DNA of 64,000 nt from an uncultured Pelagibacteraceae bacterium (lineage in GTDB: Bacteria > Pseudomonadota > Alphaproteobacteria > Pelagibacterales > Pelagibacteraceae), in NCBI GenBank assembly GCA_902557385.1, contig CACDZF010000003.1:2751-66750 (forward strand), written 5' to 3'. The stretch's first letter is position 1; each line of letters begins with the position of its first letter. Shown here in pieces: positions 1-10,335 of this stretch. The notes under the pieces are model-generated. The model worked only from the letters and a program-made list of their open reading frames with translations, was not told the origin of the DNA and did not search any database. The translations under genes and the position numbers were made by a program.

Positions 1-1360
1 TAACTGGTATATCCGGACAACCAATTTTTGCTCCTAAAATTGATGGAAAACCATATCCACAAGGTCCAAACAAACCTGGCGCTAAATATTTTCTACCTTT
101 TTCAAAAGTTGGATATGCATTTCCTATAGCGCAATTATTGCCGATGTCGCTAGAAATTATAACTTCTTCAGGCATGGCCTCTTGAATTGCTCTCCAAGCT
201 TGTCTAGGTGACATTCTATCTTTATCTCTTTCTCTAGCCTCTTTATTCCAAACTGTTCCTGGATCATCTTCTTCATGATCCAAACCTGTTAGAGTTTGGA
301 GCCATGCTGATTTAGTTTGATGTATTAAATTTTTTCTTTCCTCTCTTCCATCGTCTCCTGCTTTAGGTGAAAGTTTATCTAAAAGTTGTTTAGAAACGAG
401 TTTTGCGTCTCCACAAATACCTACAGTTACTTTTTTTGTAAGACCAATTCTATCAGGATTCATATCAACTTGAATAATTTTTGCATTTTTAGGCCAATAA
501 TCAATTCCATAACCTGGTAAAGTTGAAAAAGGGTTTAACCTTGTTCCCAAAGCTAGGACAACATCAGCTTTTGAAATTAATTGCATAGCAGCTTTTGAGC
601 CATTGTAACCCAAAGGCCCAACAGCAAGTTGATGACTTCCTGGAAAACTATCATTATGTTGGTACCCACTACAAACAGGTGAGTCTAATTTTTCAGCAAG
701 GTTTTTACATTCTTCTATAGCATCTCCAATTACGACCCCAGCCCCAGATAGAATGACTGGAAATTTTGATTCAGATAATAATTTTGCTGCTTTATCAATT
801 GCTTCTTTTCCTCCACCTTGTCTTTCAAATCTAACAATTGGTGGAAGATCGATATCTATAACTTGAGTCCAATAATCCCTAGGAACATTTATTTGTGCTG
901 GTGCTGAACCTCTTATGGCTTTTTCTATTACTCTATTCAAAACTTCTGCCATTCTCGAAGGATCTCTAACTTCTTCTTGATAACAAACCATATCTTTAAA
1001 TAAATTCATTTGTTCTACTTCTTGAAATCCACCTTGTCCCATAGTTTTATTCGCAGCTTGAGGTGTTACCAAAAGTAAAGGTGTATGATTCCAGTATGCT
1101 GTTTTAATGGGTGTAACAAGTCCAGTTATACCAGGACCATTTTGTGCAATAACCATAGACATTTTTCCTGTAGCTCTCGTATATCCGTCAGCTATTAATC
1201 CTCCATTAGTTTCATGTGCTACGTCCCAGAAAGTAATTCCAGCTTTAGGAAACAAGTCAGAAATTGGCATAAATGCCGAACCTATAATTCCAAATGCATG
1301 CTCAATGCCGTGCATTTGAAGAACTTTAATAAAAGCTTCTTCGGTTGTCATTTTAGTCAT
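1..1360 (-). CDS. xsc: Sulfoacetaldehyde acetyltransferase (TPP-dependent), 3' end runs off the window
   Basis: Not in the ORF track. Manual translation from ATG at 1360: MTKMTTEEAFIKVLQMHGIEHAFGIIGSAFMPISDLFPKAGITFWDVAHETNGG..., typical Xsc N-terminus; adjacent to suyAB. Confidence 0.92.
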   Translation of the reverse strand, partial: MTKMTTEEAFIKVLQMHGIEHAFGIIGSAFMPISDLFPKAGITFWDVAHETNGGLIADGYTRATGKMSMVIAQNGPGITGLVTPIKTAYWNHTPLLLVTPQAANKTMGQGGFQEVEQMNLFKDMVCYQEEVRDPSRMAEVLNRVIEKAIRGSAPAQINVPRDYWTQVIDIDLPPIVRFERQGGGKEAIDKAAKLLSESKFPVILSGAGVVIGDAIEECKNLAEKLDSPVCSGYQHNDSFPGSHQLAVGPLGYNGSKAAMQLISKADVVLALGTRLNPFSTLPGYGIDYWPKNAKIIQVDMNPDRIGLTKKVTVGICGDAKLVSKQLLDKLSPKAGDDGREERKNLIHQTKSAWLQTLTGLDHEEDDPGTVWNKEARERDKDRMSPRQAWRAIQEAMPEEVIISSDIGNNCAIGNAYPTFEKGRKYLAPGLFGPCGYGFPSILGAKIGCPDIPV

Positions 1361-1447
1361 ATCTTAATTCTCTATAAATATTTTTATTTGTTAAAGAACA
1401 TGATTAATATATAAGATCTGTTAAAATTCAAATAAAGAAATAACAAT

Positions 1448-1735
1448 ATGGCAACTACTGATATTATTATACACGATCAGAAAGACAACGTAGGTGTTGT
1501 TGTTATTGAGAAAATCACTGCCAATCAAGACTGTAATTGCTGGATTATGGAGAATGATGGATCTGTGACAATTAAATCCAAAAATGAAATTCCTTTGGGA
1601 CACAAAATTGCAATGATTGACTTTAAAGAAGGTGACACAATATTAAAATATGGTCACGATATAGGTAAAGTTGTTAAACCAATTAAAAAAGGTGAGCATG
1701 TTCATGTTCATAACGTGAAAACAAAGAAATGGTAA
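1448..1735 (+). CDS. suyA: Sulfolactate sulfo-lyase small subunit (UxaA SAF domain)
   Basis: [11 protein letters not shown] and IPLGHKIA...ILKYGHDIG...[11 protein letters not shown] motifs; directly upstream of suyB. Confidence 0.85.
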   Translation: MATTDIIIHDQKDNVGVVVIEKITANQDCNCWIMENDGSVTIKSKNEIPLGHKIAMIDFKEGDTILKYGHDIGKVVKPIKKGEHVHVHNVKTKKW

Positions 1736-1739
1736 TAAT

Positions 1740-2906
1740 ATGGAAATTCCCAAAAGTTTTTTAGGTTATAAAAGAGAAAACGGAAGAGTTGGTACAAGAA
1801 ACCATGTGGTGATTCTTCCTGTAGATGATATTTCAAATGCTTGCGCTGAAGCTGTTGCCAACAACATAAAAGGAACTTTTGCAATTCCTCATGCTTATGG
1901 AAGACTTCAGTTTGGTGCTGACTTAGAATTGTTTTTCGACACAATGATTGGAACTGGTAAAAATCCAAATGTAGCTGCGTGCATTGTAATCGGTATTGAG
2001 CCTAAATGGACAAAAAGAATAGTTGATGCAGTTGCCAAAACAAGAAAACCAGTTGAAGGATTTAGTATTGAAGGTTCAGGTGATATTAGAACTATTATGA
2101 AAGCTTCTCAAAAAGCACAAGAATTTTCACAATGGTCATCAGAAAAACAAAGAGAAGAATGTCCTTTGAGTGATTTATGGATATCGGTAAAATGTGGAGA
2201 GTCTGATACCACATCAGGTATGGCTGCTAATCCTGCAGTTGGAAATTTAATGGATAAATTGGAGCCCTTAGGAGTCCATCTTTGTTTCGGAGAAACATCT
2301 GAATTAACAGGAGCTGAAAAAGTCTGCGCCACTAGAGGAGCAACACCTGAGGCTTCAGAAAAATTTATAAAAACTTGGAGTGATTATAACGATTTTATTT
2401 TAAAAGAAGCTACGAATGACCTTTCTGAAAGTCAACCAACCGCTGGTAATATTGCAGGAGGTTTAACAACAATTGAAGAAAAAGCTTTCGGAAATTTCCA
2501 AAAAATTGGTTCAAGAAAATTTATTGATGTACTAACGCCCGCAGAAGAACCAAAAAAAGGTCCTGGCTTATATTTTATGGATACCTCATCAGCTGCAGGT
2601 GAATGTTTAACTTTACAAGCAGCCGCAGGATTTAATATTCATTTATTTCCAACTGGACAAGGCAATATCATAGGTAATGCTATAGAACCTGTAGTAAAAT
2701 TAACAGGTAACCCAAGTACAGCAATAAATATGAGAGAGCATATTGATTTAGATGTTTCAAAAATTCTTAAAAGAGAAATGAATATGGATCAAGCTGGCGA
2801 CGAATTAATAATGACAACTATAAGAGCAGCTAGTGGTCGTCTTACTTGTGCAGAAGTTCTAGGCCATAAAGAGTTTGTAATGACCAAATTATTTCGAAGT
2901 GCTTAA
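1740..2906 (+). CDS. suyB: Sulfolactate sulfo-lyase large subunit (UxaA family)
   Basis: [54 protein letters not shown] motifs; sulfonate context. Confidence 0.85.
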   Translation: MEIPKSFLGYKRENGRVGTRNHVVILPVDDISNACAEAVANNIKGTFAIPHAYGRLQFGADLELFFDTMIGTGKNPNVAACIVIGIEPKWTKRIVDAVAKTRKPVEGFSIEGSGDIRTIMKASQKAQEFSQWSSEKQREECPLSDLWISVKCGESDTTSGMAANPAVGNLMDKLEPLGVHLCFGETSELTGAEKVCATRGATPEASEKFIKTWSDYNDFILKEATNDLSESQPTAGNIAGGLTTIEEKAFGNFQKIGSRKFIDVLTPAEEPKKGPGLYFMDTSSAAGECLTLQAAAGFNIHLFPTGQGNIIGNAIEPVVKLTGNPSTAINMREHIDLDVSKILKREMNMDQAGDELIMTTIRAASGRLTCAEVLGHKEFVMTKLFRSA

Positions 2907-2909
2907 AAC

Positions 2910-4007
2910 TTATTTTTTTTGAGCTGTCGAAGGTTTAGGAAAGTACTTTTTTCTCAAATTCGAAAGTTGTCTTCTAACTATAGCGGCGCCTACTCCTAAA
3001 ACCAAAGCAAGTACGATTGAAAATAAACCATATAAAATTGGAACTTCTTCAGAGAGTCTTTTAACAAATTGGGAAACTGGTCCCAAGGTTTTTGTTCCAT
3101 TGTCCATAACATTTACAATGCTTTCTTCTGTAAAGAAAGTTTCATAAGCTATTGCGATTCCAACTAATAATAACAACAATGCTAATATGGTTTTAAATTG
3201 TGAACTATCAACAGTCTCGCCAATTTTTTGTCCGACCTGAACTCCCAAAATTGAACCACATATTAATACAGTTACTAAAATTAAATCGATAGATCCATAA
3301 TTAAACGCATGCAGTATAGTAACAATTGTACTCACAAATATCGTAACAAATAAAGATGTTCCAGGAATTAATTTAGTTGGCATTCCAATAATATAAATCA
3401 TTGCAGGCACAAGAATAAAAGCACCACCAATACCCATTATTGCAGCTATAAATCCAACTATTAAACCAATAATTATTGGTGTGAATATACTTTCGTATAA
3501 TCTTGATTTTTTAAAACGCATTCTAAACGGTAGTCCATGAAACCAATAGTGATAATGTAATTTTTTCTTTAATATTATTTTTCTTCTCGCTCTATCAATT
3601 TCACTTATACCTTGGACCAACATTATGGTGCCAATAATTGCAAGTATGTACATATAAGCTAAGGAAATAACTATATTAATTTTGCCCATGTCTTGAAAGT
3701 AAGTAAACGTCAAAATTCCAAGTATTGTTCCAACAGTTCCTCCTCCAGCGATCATTAAGCCCATTTTATAATCTAGTGTTCCTCTTAAATAATGAGTTGT
3801 GGATCCAGATATTGATGTTCCTAAGATATTGTTTGCTTCGTTAGGCACAGCGTAAGCTGGTGGAATTCCCAAAAAAATTAAAAAGGGTGTCATTAAAAAC
3901 CCTCCTCCTACTCCAAATAATCCAGACAAAATTCCAACAACTAAACTAAGGGTAAATATCAGAGGTAAACTTACATAAACTTCTGCTATTGGAAGAAAAA
4001 ACTCCAT
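2910..4007 (-). CDS. TauE/SafE-family sulfite exporter
   Basis: Duplicated GLFGVGGGFL / AAIMGIGGAFI motifs, many TM helices. Confidence 0.85.
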   Translation of the reverse strand: MEFFLPIAEVYVSLPLIFTLSLVVGILSGLFGVGGGFLMTPFLIFLGIPPAYAVPNEANNILGTSISGSTTHYLRGTLDYKMGLMIAGGGTVGTILGILTFTYFQDMGKINIVISLAYMYILAIIGTIMLVQGISEIDRARRKIILKKKLHYHYWFHGLPFRMRFKKSRLYESIFTPIIIGLIVGFIAAIMGIGGAFILVPAMIYIIGMPTKLIPGTSLFVTIFVSTIVTILHAFNYGSIDLILVTVLICGSILGVQVGQKIGETVDSSQFKTILALLLLLVGIAIAYETFFTEESIVNVMDNGTKTLGPVSQFVKRLSEEVPILYGLFSIVLALVLGVGAAIVRRQLSNLRKKYFPKPSTAQKK

Positions 4008-4065
4008 AAATAATAATTATTCCTCAAAAATATCAAAGTCAACTAGTTGATAAAAAAATTATATT

Positions 4066-4215
4066 TTAAATTACGTTGAAAAGAGTACCCGCAACTATCA
4101 CACACCAATATACAGCTAAACCAAAATATACAGCCGTTTTAGAGGTCAAAATTGAGATATTTTCTGGGAAGAACTTAATAATTTTTTTAATGTTTTTATT
4201 AAAATTATCAAGCAT
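4066..4215 (-). CDS. Small single-pass membrane protein, 49 aa
   Basis: Manual translation MLDNFNKNIKKIIKFFPENISILTSKTAVYFGLAVYWCVIVAGTLFNVI*; GAGG just upstream; TTGCAA-N17-TATTCC promoter-like element. Confidence 0.6.
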   Translation of the reverse strand: MLDNFNKNIKKIIKFFPENISILTSKTAVYFGLAVYWCVIVAGTLFNVI

Positions 4216-4258
4216 AACCTCGGAATACACCCGCCAATAAAAATTTGCAAGTTAAATT

Positions 4259-4609
4259 TTAAAATATTGTGGCTCCAAATACCTTGGTGGTACCATCCTC
4301 CTCACCCAAAACAAGCCGACCTAAAAAATCTCCTGGCATCTTCGTGCTAGTTTGTTTGTAAAGGACAGTTACATAAAGTCCTCTTCTTAAACAGCCAAAG
4401 GGTTTGTAATCATTTGATAAAGTTGAGATGAGCTCGTTACTAGCCCATTGTTTTCCTAACTCAACTTCATTAGCTCCATAAAGCATTTGAGAAGAGAAAT
4501 CTCTAGTAAAACCTCCATAATCTTTCATATTTGAGGATTTAATCAAGTTTGACCAAATGGGGTCTGCAATTTTAAAGATTTCTTCGTCTAGTTTATCAAG
4601 AAGACTCAT
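4259..4609 (-). CDS. Hypothetical protein downstream of aprA (DUF3887/NTF2-like guess)
   Basis: 116 aa ORF starting 8 nt after the aprA stop; family call tentative. Confidence 0.6.
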   Translation of the reverse strand: MSLLDKLDEEIFKIADPIWSNLIKSSNMKDYGGFTRDFSSQMLYGANEVELGKQWASNELISTLSNDYKPFGCLRRGLYVTVLYKQTSTKMPGDFLGRLVLGEEDGTTKVFGATIF

Positions 4610-4617
4610 TAATTTAA

Positions 4618-6477
4618 TTAAGAAGCTTCTTTTTTTTCTTTTTCGTCATCAATGATATGATAAACAGGTGCCTTTTCCATTGTAAATTTTCCAGTTTTTG
4701 GATCTCTTCTTGATAAAGTCAGGCAATGCCAATTGTCATCATCAAGTTTCATATAATCTCCTCTGTAGTAATATCCTGGCCAACGAGTTTCTTGTCTAAA
4801 AAGAGTATGCTCAGTTACACATTGAGACGTGAGAGTTCTATGTTTTAATTCCCATGCCCTCATCAGTTGGTGATAATCTTCAGCTCCTATATGCTCAAGA
4901 TCCTCTTGCAACCAATGTAATAATTCTAAACCTCTTTTAAGGGTATTTTCATTTGTCATATAGTTATATGAAATACCACCCACGTATTCATCCATAATTT
5001 TTTGTAGACGTTGGAGCCCTTGTATAGGAGATATATAGCTTGGAGACACCGTTCCACCTGTAATTTCGTTTCTTCCAACTGTATAATTTTCTAGAGGTTT
5101 AAAAATAATATTTTTAAACTCTTCGCACTGTTTTTCACTAACTTTAATATCTTTTGCTTTCTGCTCTTCTATATATTTTACAGCAGCTTTAGCAGCTAAA
5201 CGTCCCTCTGTGAAAGATCCTGATGAAAACTTATGGGCACTACCTCCAACTGTATCACCGGCACCAAATAAACCCTCAACTGTAGTCATTCTGTTATATC
5301 CCCAGAAATATTCTGGTGGAGAAATATCCTCAGGTCCACTTACCCAAGCACCAGAACATGTTGCATGTGAACCCATTACGTAAGGCTCTGATGTAGTTAG
5401 TTCTGGATTGGTATATTTAGGATCAATATTCTGAGATGCCCAAACAACTGCTTGTCCAACTGTCATACCAAGAAAATTTTCCCAACCAACTGTTTCTAGG
5501 TGCGGATCTTGAAATGCTTCTTTAGTTACCATGTGAATTGGTCCACCACCAGCCATTGTTTCTTGAATAAATGCATGATTTCTTAAACAAGTCGGTGTTG
5601 GATGATGATCTATATATTCGCCAACTAGTTCTTTAGTTTGATTGTACCATTTCTTCTCATAGTTTTCGCCATTAGCATTTTGAGTATATGTTTTAAGATG
5701 AAGAAAGTAAGCGCCAACTGGACCATAACCATCTTTAAATCTGCATAACACAATTCTGTTTTCCATTTGTGTCATTTTAGCTCCAGCTTCAATTGGAAGA
5801 GCATATGCTGAACCATTGCTCCAAGGTGCATACCAAGTTCTTCCCATTCCTTCTCCTACAGCTCTTGGTTTAAAGATGTGAGATGCTCCACCTGCAGCAA
5901 CTATTACAGTTTTTGCTCTAAAGACATAATAATCTCCAGTTCTCATATTAAAACCTACTGCTCCACCTACTCTATTATCTTTTGCTTCATCCATAAGTAA
6001 ATGAGTAATCATAATCCTATTATAAATTTTATCCGCAGACTTTTTTGCTGCTTCAGCTACTATTGGTTTATAACTTTCACCATGAATCATTATTTGCCAT
6101 TTACCTTCACGTTGGTAACGGCCAGTTTCTTTATTCTTCATCATTGGTAAGCCCCACTCATCAAACATATGTACTGTTGAGTCTACGTGACGAGCCATAT
6201 CATAACCAAGATCTTCTCTAACTAGGCCCATTAAATCATTTCGAGCATAACGAACGTGATCTTCTGGTTGATTTTCTCCCCATTGCATTCCCATATAACA
6301 GTTGATTGCATATAAACCCTGAGCTACAGCTCCACTTCTGTCGATGTTCGCTTTTTCTACACAAATAATTTTTAAATCTCTCCCCCAGTGCCTAGCTTCA
6401 AAAGTGGCACCAGTTCCAGCCATACCACCACCTACAACAAGAATATCACAATCTTCAACTATAGTTTTTCTAGCCAT
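4618..6477 (-). CDS. aprA: Adenylylsulfate reductase alpha subunit
   Basis: GGGMAG FAD motif, RSGAVAQGL, GKWQIMIHGESYK, HKFSSGS. Confidence 0.97.
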   Translation of the reverse strand: MARKTIVEDCDILVVGGGMAGTGATFEARHWGRDLKIICVEKANIDRSGAVAQGLYAINCYMGMQWGENQPEDHVRYARNDLMGLVREDLGYDMARHVDSTVHMFDEWGLPMMKNKETGRYQREGKWQIMIHGESYKPIVAEAAKKSADKIYNRIMITHLLMDEAKDNRVGGAVGFNMRTGDYYVFRAKTVIVAAGGASHIFKPRAVGEGMGRTWYAPWSNGSAYALPIEAGAKMTQMENRIVLCRFKDGYGPVGAYFLHLKTYTQNANGENYEKKWYNQTKELVGEYIDHHPTPTCLRNHAFIQETMAGGGPIHMVTKEAFQDPHLETVGWENFLGMTVGQAVVWASQNIDPKYTNPELTTSEPYVMGSHATCSGAWVSGPEDISPPEYFWGYNRMTTVEGLFGAGDTVGGSAHKFSSGSFTEGRLAAKAAVKYIEEQKAKDIKVSEKQCEEFKNIIFKPLENYTVGRNEITGGTVSPSYISPIQGLQRLQKIMDEYVGGISYNYMTNENTLKRGLELLHWLQEDLEHIGAEDYHQLMRAWELKHRTLTSQCVTEHTLFRQETRWPGYYYRGDYMKLDDDNWHCLTLSRRDPKTGKFTMEKAPVYHIIDDEKEKKEAS

Positions 6478-6947
6478 TAATAATAAACACCTTTTTTAAA
6501 TGCACTTTTTTCTACTTTAGGTAATTCTTTTTTTGTATTTAAACCCTCTGGTTCAGAATAAAGAATTTGTGAATTTATTTCTCCTTGGTTTGGTTTATCG
6601 CCGTCAGCAAGTTTTGGAATAAACTTGCCCCATGGTTTTGTTGTTATTGGAGATACAAAGTCTTTTACAGTTCCATTTCTAAATTTAATTTTCCAGGAGA
6701 TTGTTCCTTTTTCTTCTTCTCGTCTAACTCTTACGCTGTGACCCATTGGAGCAAAGTCAGCATACCCTCTAACATCTATTGCATGGTTAGGACATGCCTT
6801 AACACATGAATAACATTCCCAACAAAAATTTGGTTCAATATTTTTTGCACGTCTTATTGTTTCATCTATATGCATAATATCCGAAGGACAAATATCTACA
6901 CAATGACCACAACCATCACAACGTGTCATGTATACAAAAGTTGACAT
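6477..6947 (-). CDS. aprB: Adenylylsulfate reductase beta subunit
   Basis: CDGCGHCVDICP and CWECYSCVKACP Fe-S motifs; RGYADF. Confidence 0.97.
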   Translation of the reverse strand: MSTFVYMTRCDGCGHCVDICPSDIMHIDETIRRAKNIEPNFCWECYSCVKACPNHAIDVRGYADFAPMGHSVRVRREEEKGTISWKIKFRNGTVKDFVSPITTKPWGKFIPKLADGDKPNQGEINSQILYSEPEGLNTKKELPKVEKSAFKKGVYY

Positions 6948-6975
6948 AATTTATTTTATTCCTTTCAAAATCATA

Positions 6976-7776
6976 TTAATAATGTTTTGGATTCTCTCTA
7001 CTTATACCTAATCCAAACTGTTTTGGGGCATCTGCTTCAGGTGGCAAATTGTCTCTAGAACCGTCAGCTTCAGCTAAATTCTTTTGAATTGCTGCTCCAG
7101 GTTTATAAAACATGTGAGCAAACTTTGACCAATACACTCCGCCAAATAAGACTAGATTTGAAACAATAAATAAAACTAAAAACACTTTATCATCCCATCT
7201 ATCATTTAAGTTTAATGATTGTAAATAAGACCAAATTAAACCAAATAAAGAAGAGGCAACAAGAGCAAGAACAAATAAATCTGCTTTTATAATTCTATAC
7301 CAAGGTTGAGCTTCTGAATAAACATCCACTCTTAAAAAAAACCAAAACCACCCTCCTCCTATAACTGTCATAATAGCTCCTACATGCCAAATGATTGGCC
7401 AAAAAGATGGAGTATTTATAGAGGAGTTTGAATAACAAAAAATCATTACTGCTGATCCTACCCAGAATAAAATTGTTCCATACATTCCAAGAAGATGTGC
7501 GGCTCTTCTTTTTCCAGCTCCGAGCTCAGAGGTAGTTGCAATGTCACTTACGATTGTTTTAGAAATTACAGATATTCTTTCTCCAGTACTTAGAGTTTTT
7601 GTAGCAGATAACTTTGCTTTTTTTGCATTTTCAAAAAAATATTTAACATTTTTTTTATGAACAATATCAAAAAGAGTACCAACAACAATCAGAACAATCA
7701 TTAACACAACAAAAGACTGCATATAAATTGGCGATACAGATTCAGCTAGTATTGCAAACGGATTGATCGATAACAT
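6976..7776 (-). CDS. aprM: APS reductase membrane anchor
   Basis: Multi-TM protein with HKKNVKYFF, RRAAHLLGMYG, WSKFAHMFYKP; upstream of aprB. Confidence 0.9.
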   Translation of the reverse strand: MLSINPFAILAESVSPIYMQSFVVLMIVLIVVGTLFDIVHKKNVKYFFENAKKAKLSATKTLSTGERISVISKTIVSDIATTSELGAGKRRAAHLLGMYGTILFWVGSAVMIFCYSNSSINTPSFWPIIWHVGAIMTVIGGGWFWFFLRVDVYSEAQPWYRIIKADLFVLALVASSLFGLIWSYLQSLNLNDRWDDKVFLVLFIVSNLVLFGGVYWSKFAHMFYKPGAAIQKNLAEADGSRDNLPPEADAPKQFGLGISRENPKHY

Positions 7777-7830
7777 CTTGGTTTTTCCTTCCCTTTAGAA
7801 GAAAGTTTTTAGTATAGAAGTCAAAATAGA

Positions 7831-8604
7831 TCAACCGTTATATCTGGGACAGTTGGCAACAGCTTTTGCATATATTTTGGATAAAACTCTATAATTTTTT
7901 AAACTTTTTCTTTTCCAATCTGTATTTTCGATACGATTCACAGAAACAACTCCTTTGCCAGATCCAATAAGAATAATTTCGTCATAAATATATAGAGAAT
8001 CAGTTGTTATATTTATCTTTTTAATTTTTCGTATTTTTTTTGAAAAAAATTTGAAAGTTGTTCCCTCGTAAAAATCTTTAGTAGGAGAATATATACAGTT
8101 ATTCTTAATAAATAGAAGATTAGATGTTCCAGTTTCTAATATTTTTTTATTTTTGTATAAAGCTATATCAAATTTTGTTGGATCTATTTTTTTAAGAAAA
8201 TTTAAAATTTTTTTATATTTTAAATTTTTATATTTAGGATCAATTCTTTTATAGTTTATTAATTTAAGAGTAAAATTTAGTTTTGGCTTTAGTCTTTTTC
8301 TTAAAGAAATAGATATCATTTTATTATTCAAAGCAACTCTAAACAAATGATCATATTTTTTTTTATTATTAATATTTATTTTAATTAAATTAAGAATATT
8401 TTTTTTTATATTTTTTTTATCAATTTTATAAATCTTTAATGACTTCACTAAATTATCGATATGATTTTTAAAAAACAAAATTTTTGCAGGTTTACCAATG
8501 ATCCTCATTGTTGTAAAAACACCATATGAGTTCCAAAGATCATGGAACTTAATTTCTTTTAGATCTTTATGCCGATAAGATTTTTTTAATAATAACATTG
8601 CCAC
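7831..8604 (-). CDS. pabC: Class IV aminotransferase / probable 4-amino-4-deoxychorismate lyase
   Basis: YGVFTTMR, HIDNL, ETGTSN, EGTT motifs; in operon with pabA/pabB. Confidence 0.7.
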   Translation of the reverse strand: MAMLLLKKSYRHKDLKEIKFHDLWNSYGVFTTMRIIGKPAKILFFKNHIDNLVKSLKIYKIDKKNIKKNILNLIKININNKKKYDHLFRVALNNKMISISLRKRLKPKLNFTLKLINYKRIDPKYKNLKYKKILNFLKKIDPTKFDIALYKNKKILETGTSNLLFIKNNCIYSPTKDFYEGTTFKFFSKKIRKIKKINITTDSLYIYDEIILIGSGKGVVSVNRIENTDWKRKSLKNYRVLSKIYAKAVANCPRYNG

Positions 8605-9124
8605 GTTCCGTTAAAAATGATTCTGGATGAAATTGAAAACCATAAATACTATTTTTTGTATCTTCGATCGCCATTGCTATATTAGATTTAGCACATCTCA
8701 TAGTTATTTTTATATTTTTTGATTTATACGGTTCATGTAATTTCAGGGAATGATATCTCCCAACATTAAAATACTTATTTTTTAAAAATAATTTACTCTC
8801 TTTTGTTACTTTTACTTTTGATTGATAGCCATGATAAATATTTTTCTGCTCTATAATTTTTCCTTTTTCATTAAACAATATTTGCTGATAACCTAAACAA
8901 ATACCAATTATTTTCTTTTTTTTTTTATATTTATTATAAATTTTTGATGTTACCGGGTAGTCTTTTGGTGCTCCCGGACCTGGTGATAAAACTATTGTAT
9001 CTGATTGTTCAAGTTTTTTTTGATTTATTTCAAAATAATTTGAACAATACACATCATCGAACATTGAAAATTGATGAACTACATTCCATGTAAAAGAGTC
9101 TTGATGGTCAATTATGTATATCAT
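8567..9124 (-). CDS. pabA: Glutamine amidotransferase of ADC synthase
   Basis: DSFTWN, LSPGPG, GICLGYQ, RYHSL, QFHPES. Confidence 0.85.
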   Translation of the reverse strand: MIYIIDHQDSFTWNVVHQFSMFDDVYCSNYFEINQKKLEQSDTIVLSPGPGAPKDYPVTSKIYNKYKKKKKIIGICLGYQQILFNEKGKIIEQKNIYHGYQSKVKVTKESKLFLKNKYFNVGRYHSLKLHEPYKSKNIKITMRCAKSNIAMAIEDTKNSIYGFQFHPESFLTERGNVIIKKILSA

Positions 9125-10335
9125 TTGTATAAATCCAGTAATGATTTTGCTTTAATATAATTCTCATTAAATTCTTTTTTTGCAGAGCTATCTAGTACGA
9201 CGCCTGACGCTGCCGATATTTCAGAAATATTTTTATAATTCAAAATTGATCTTATAATTATATTAAATTTCATATCTTGATTAAATTTGATATATCCAAA
9301 GCTTCCTGTAAATATATTTCTATCTTCTTTTTCCTGTTTGTTTAGAAGCTCAATAGTTCTTATTTTTGGACATCCAATAACTGATCCACCTGGCATCATA
9401 GATTTAATTATATTCTTTATATCAATTTTATTTTTTAAAACTCCTTGTATTGTGGTTACATAATGAAATAGGTGTTTATACTCCTCTACATATTTTTCTT
9501 TTAATATTTTTACTGTTCCTGTTTTACATATTTTGGATAAATCATTTCTTTCCATATCAACAATCATGTTATGTTCTTTTGTCTCTTTTTCATTATTTTT
9601 AAAAAAATGTAGCGCCCTAGTTTTATTAATTTTCTTACTTTTTTTAAGTGTGCCCGCAATAGGTTTTGTAATTATTTTTTTACCTTTTTTATCGATTAAA
9701 GTTTCTGGTGAACAACTAACTATAGAAAAATTTTTGTCTCTAATCATAAAGGATTCTGGTGATGAGTTTGTCTTCATTAGTTTCCAAAAAAAATTTACAG
9801 GATTGATTTTAGATTTATTTTTATATTTAGTGCAGATTTTAATTTGATATGTTTCTCCCTGTTTTATTTTTTTTGAAAATAAATTAAATATTTTTCTATA
9901 TTTGCTATAACTTATATTTATTTTGAAAGGGCTAAGAATTTGTGTCTTATTAAAATAGTTATTAAACTTATTTATTTTTTTCGATGAAATTATTTTTATA
10001 TCTTTTCTTATCTTAATTAAAGTTTCTGGTTTATAAAAAACACCTTTATAGAAGTTTAATTTTTTTTGATCATTAATATTAATTTTTAATAAACTACAAA
10101 GAATTTCATATCCAAAAAAACCTATTAAAAGATCTGTTTCTTTCATAAATCTTTTATTTGTAAAAAAATTAAAAAATTTACTTATATTTTTTTTTGTTAA
10201 AATAAACTTTTTTGAAAAATCAGTATATAAATTGTACCCATCTTTAACTTTATAAATAATAAGTGGCTTGTCAGAATTATATAGATTTTCTAAATAAGGA
10301 CTAAATTTATTTTTATGCGAGTTGAGTTCTTTCAA
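9121..10335 (-). CDS. pabB: Chorismate-binding enzyme, probable ADC synthase component I
   Basis: GETYQ, SPETL, PIAGT, EHNMIVDMERNDL, GCPK, IIRS. Confidence 0.78.
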   Translation of the reverse strand: MKELNSHKNKFSPYLENLYNSDKPLIIYKVKDGYNLYTDFSKKFILTKKNISKFFNFFTNKRFMKETDLLIGFFGYEILCSLLKININDQKKLNFYKGVFYKPETLIKIRKDIKIISSKKINKFNNYFNKTQILSPFKINISYSKYRKIFNLFSKKIKQGETYQIKICTKYKNKSKINPVNFFWKLMKTNSSPESFMIRDKNFSIVSCSPETLIDKKGKKIITKPIAGTLKKSKKINKTRALHFFKNNEKETKEHNMIVDMERNDLSKICKTGTVKILKEKYVEEYKHLFHYVTTIQGVLKNKIDIKNIIKSMMPGGSVIGCPKIRTIELLNKQEKEDRNIFTGSFGYIKFNQDMKFNIIIRSILNYKNISEISAASGVVLDSSAKKEFNENYIKAKSLLDLYK

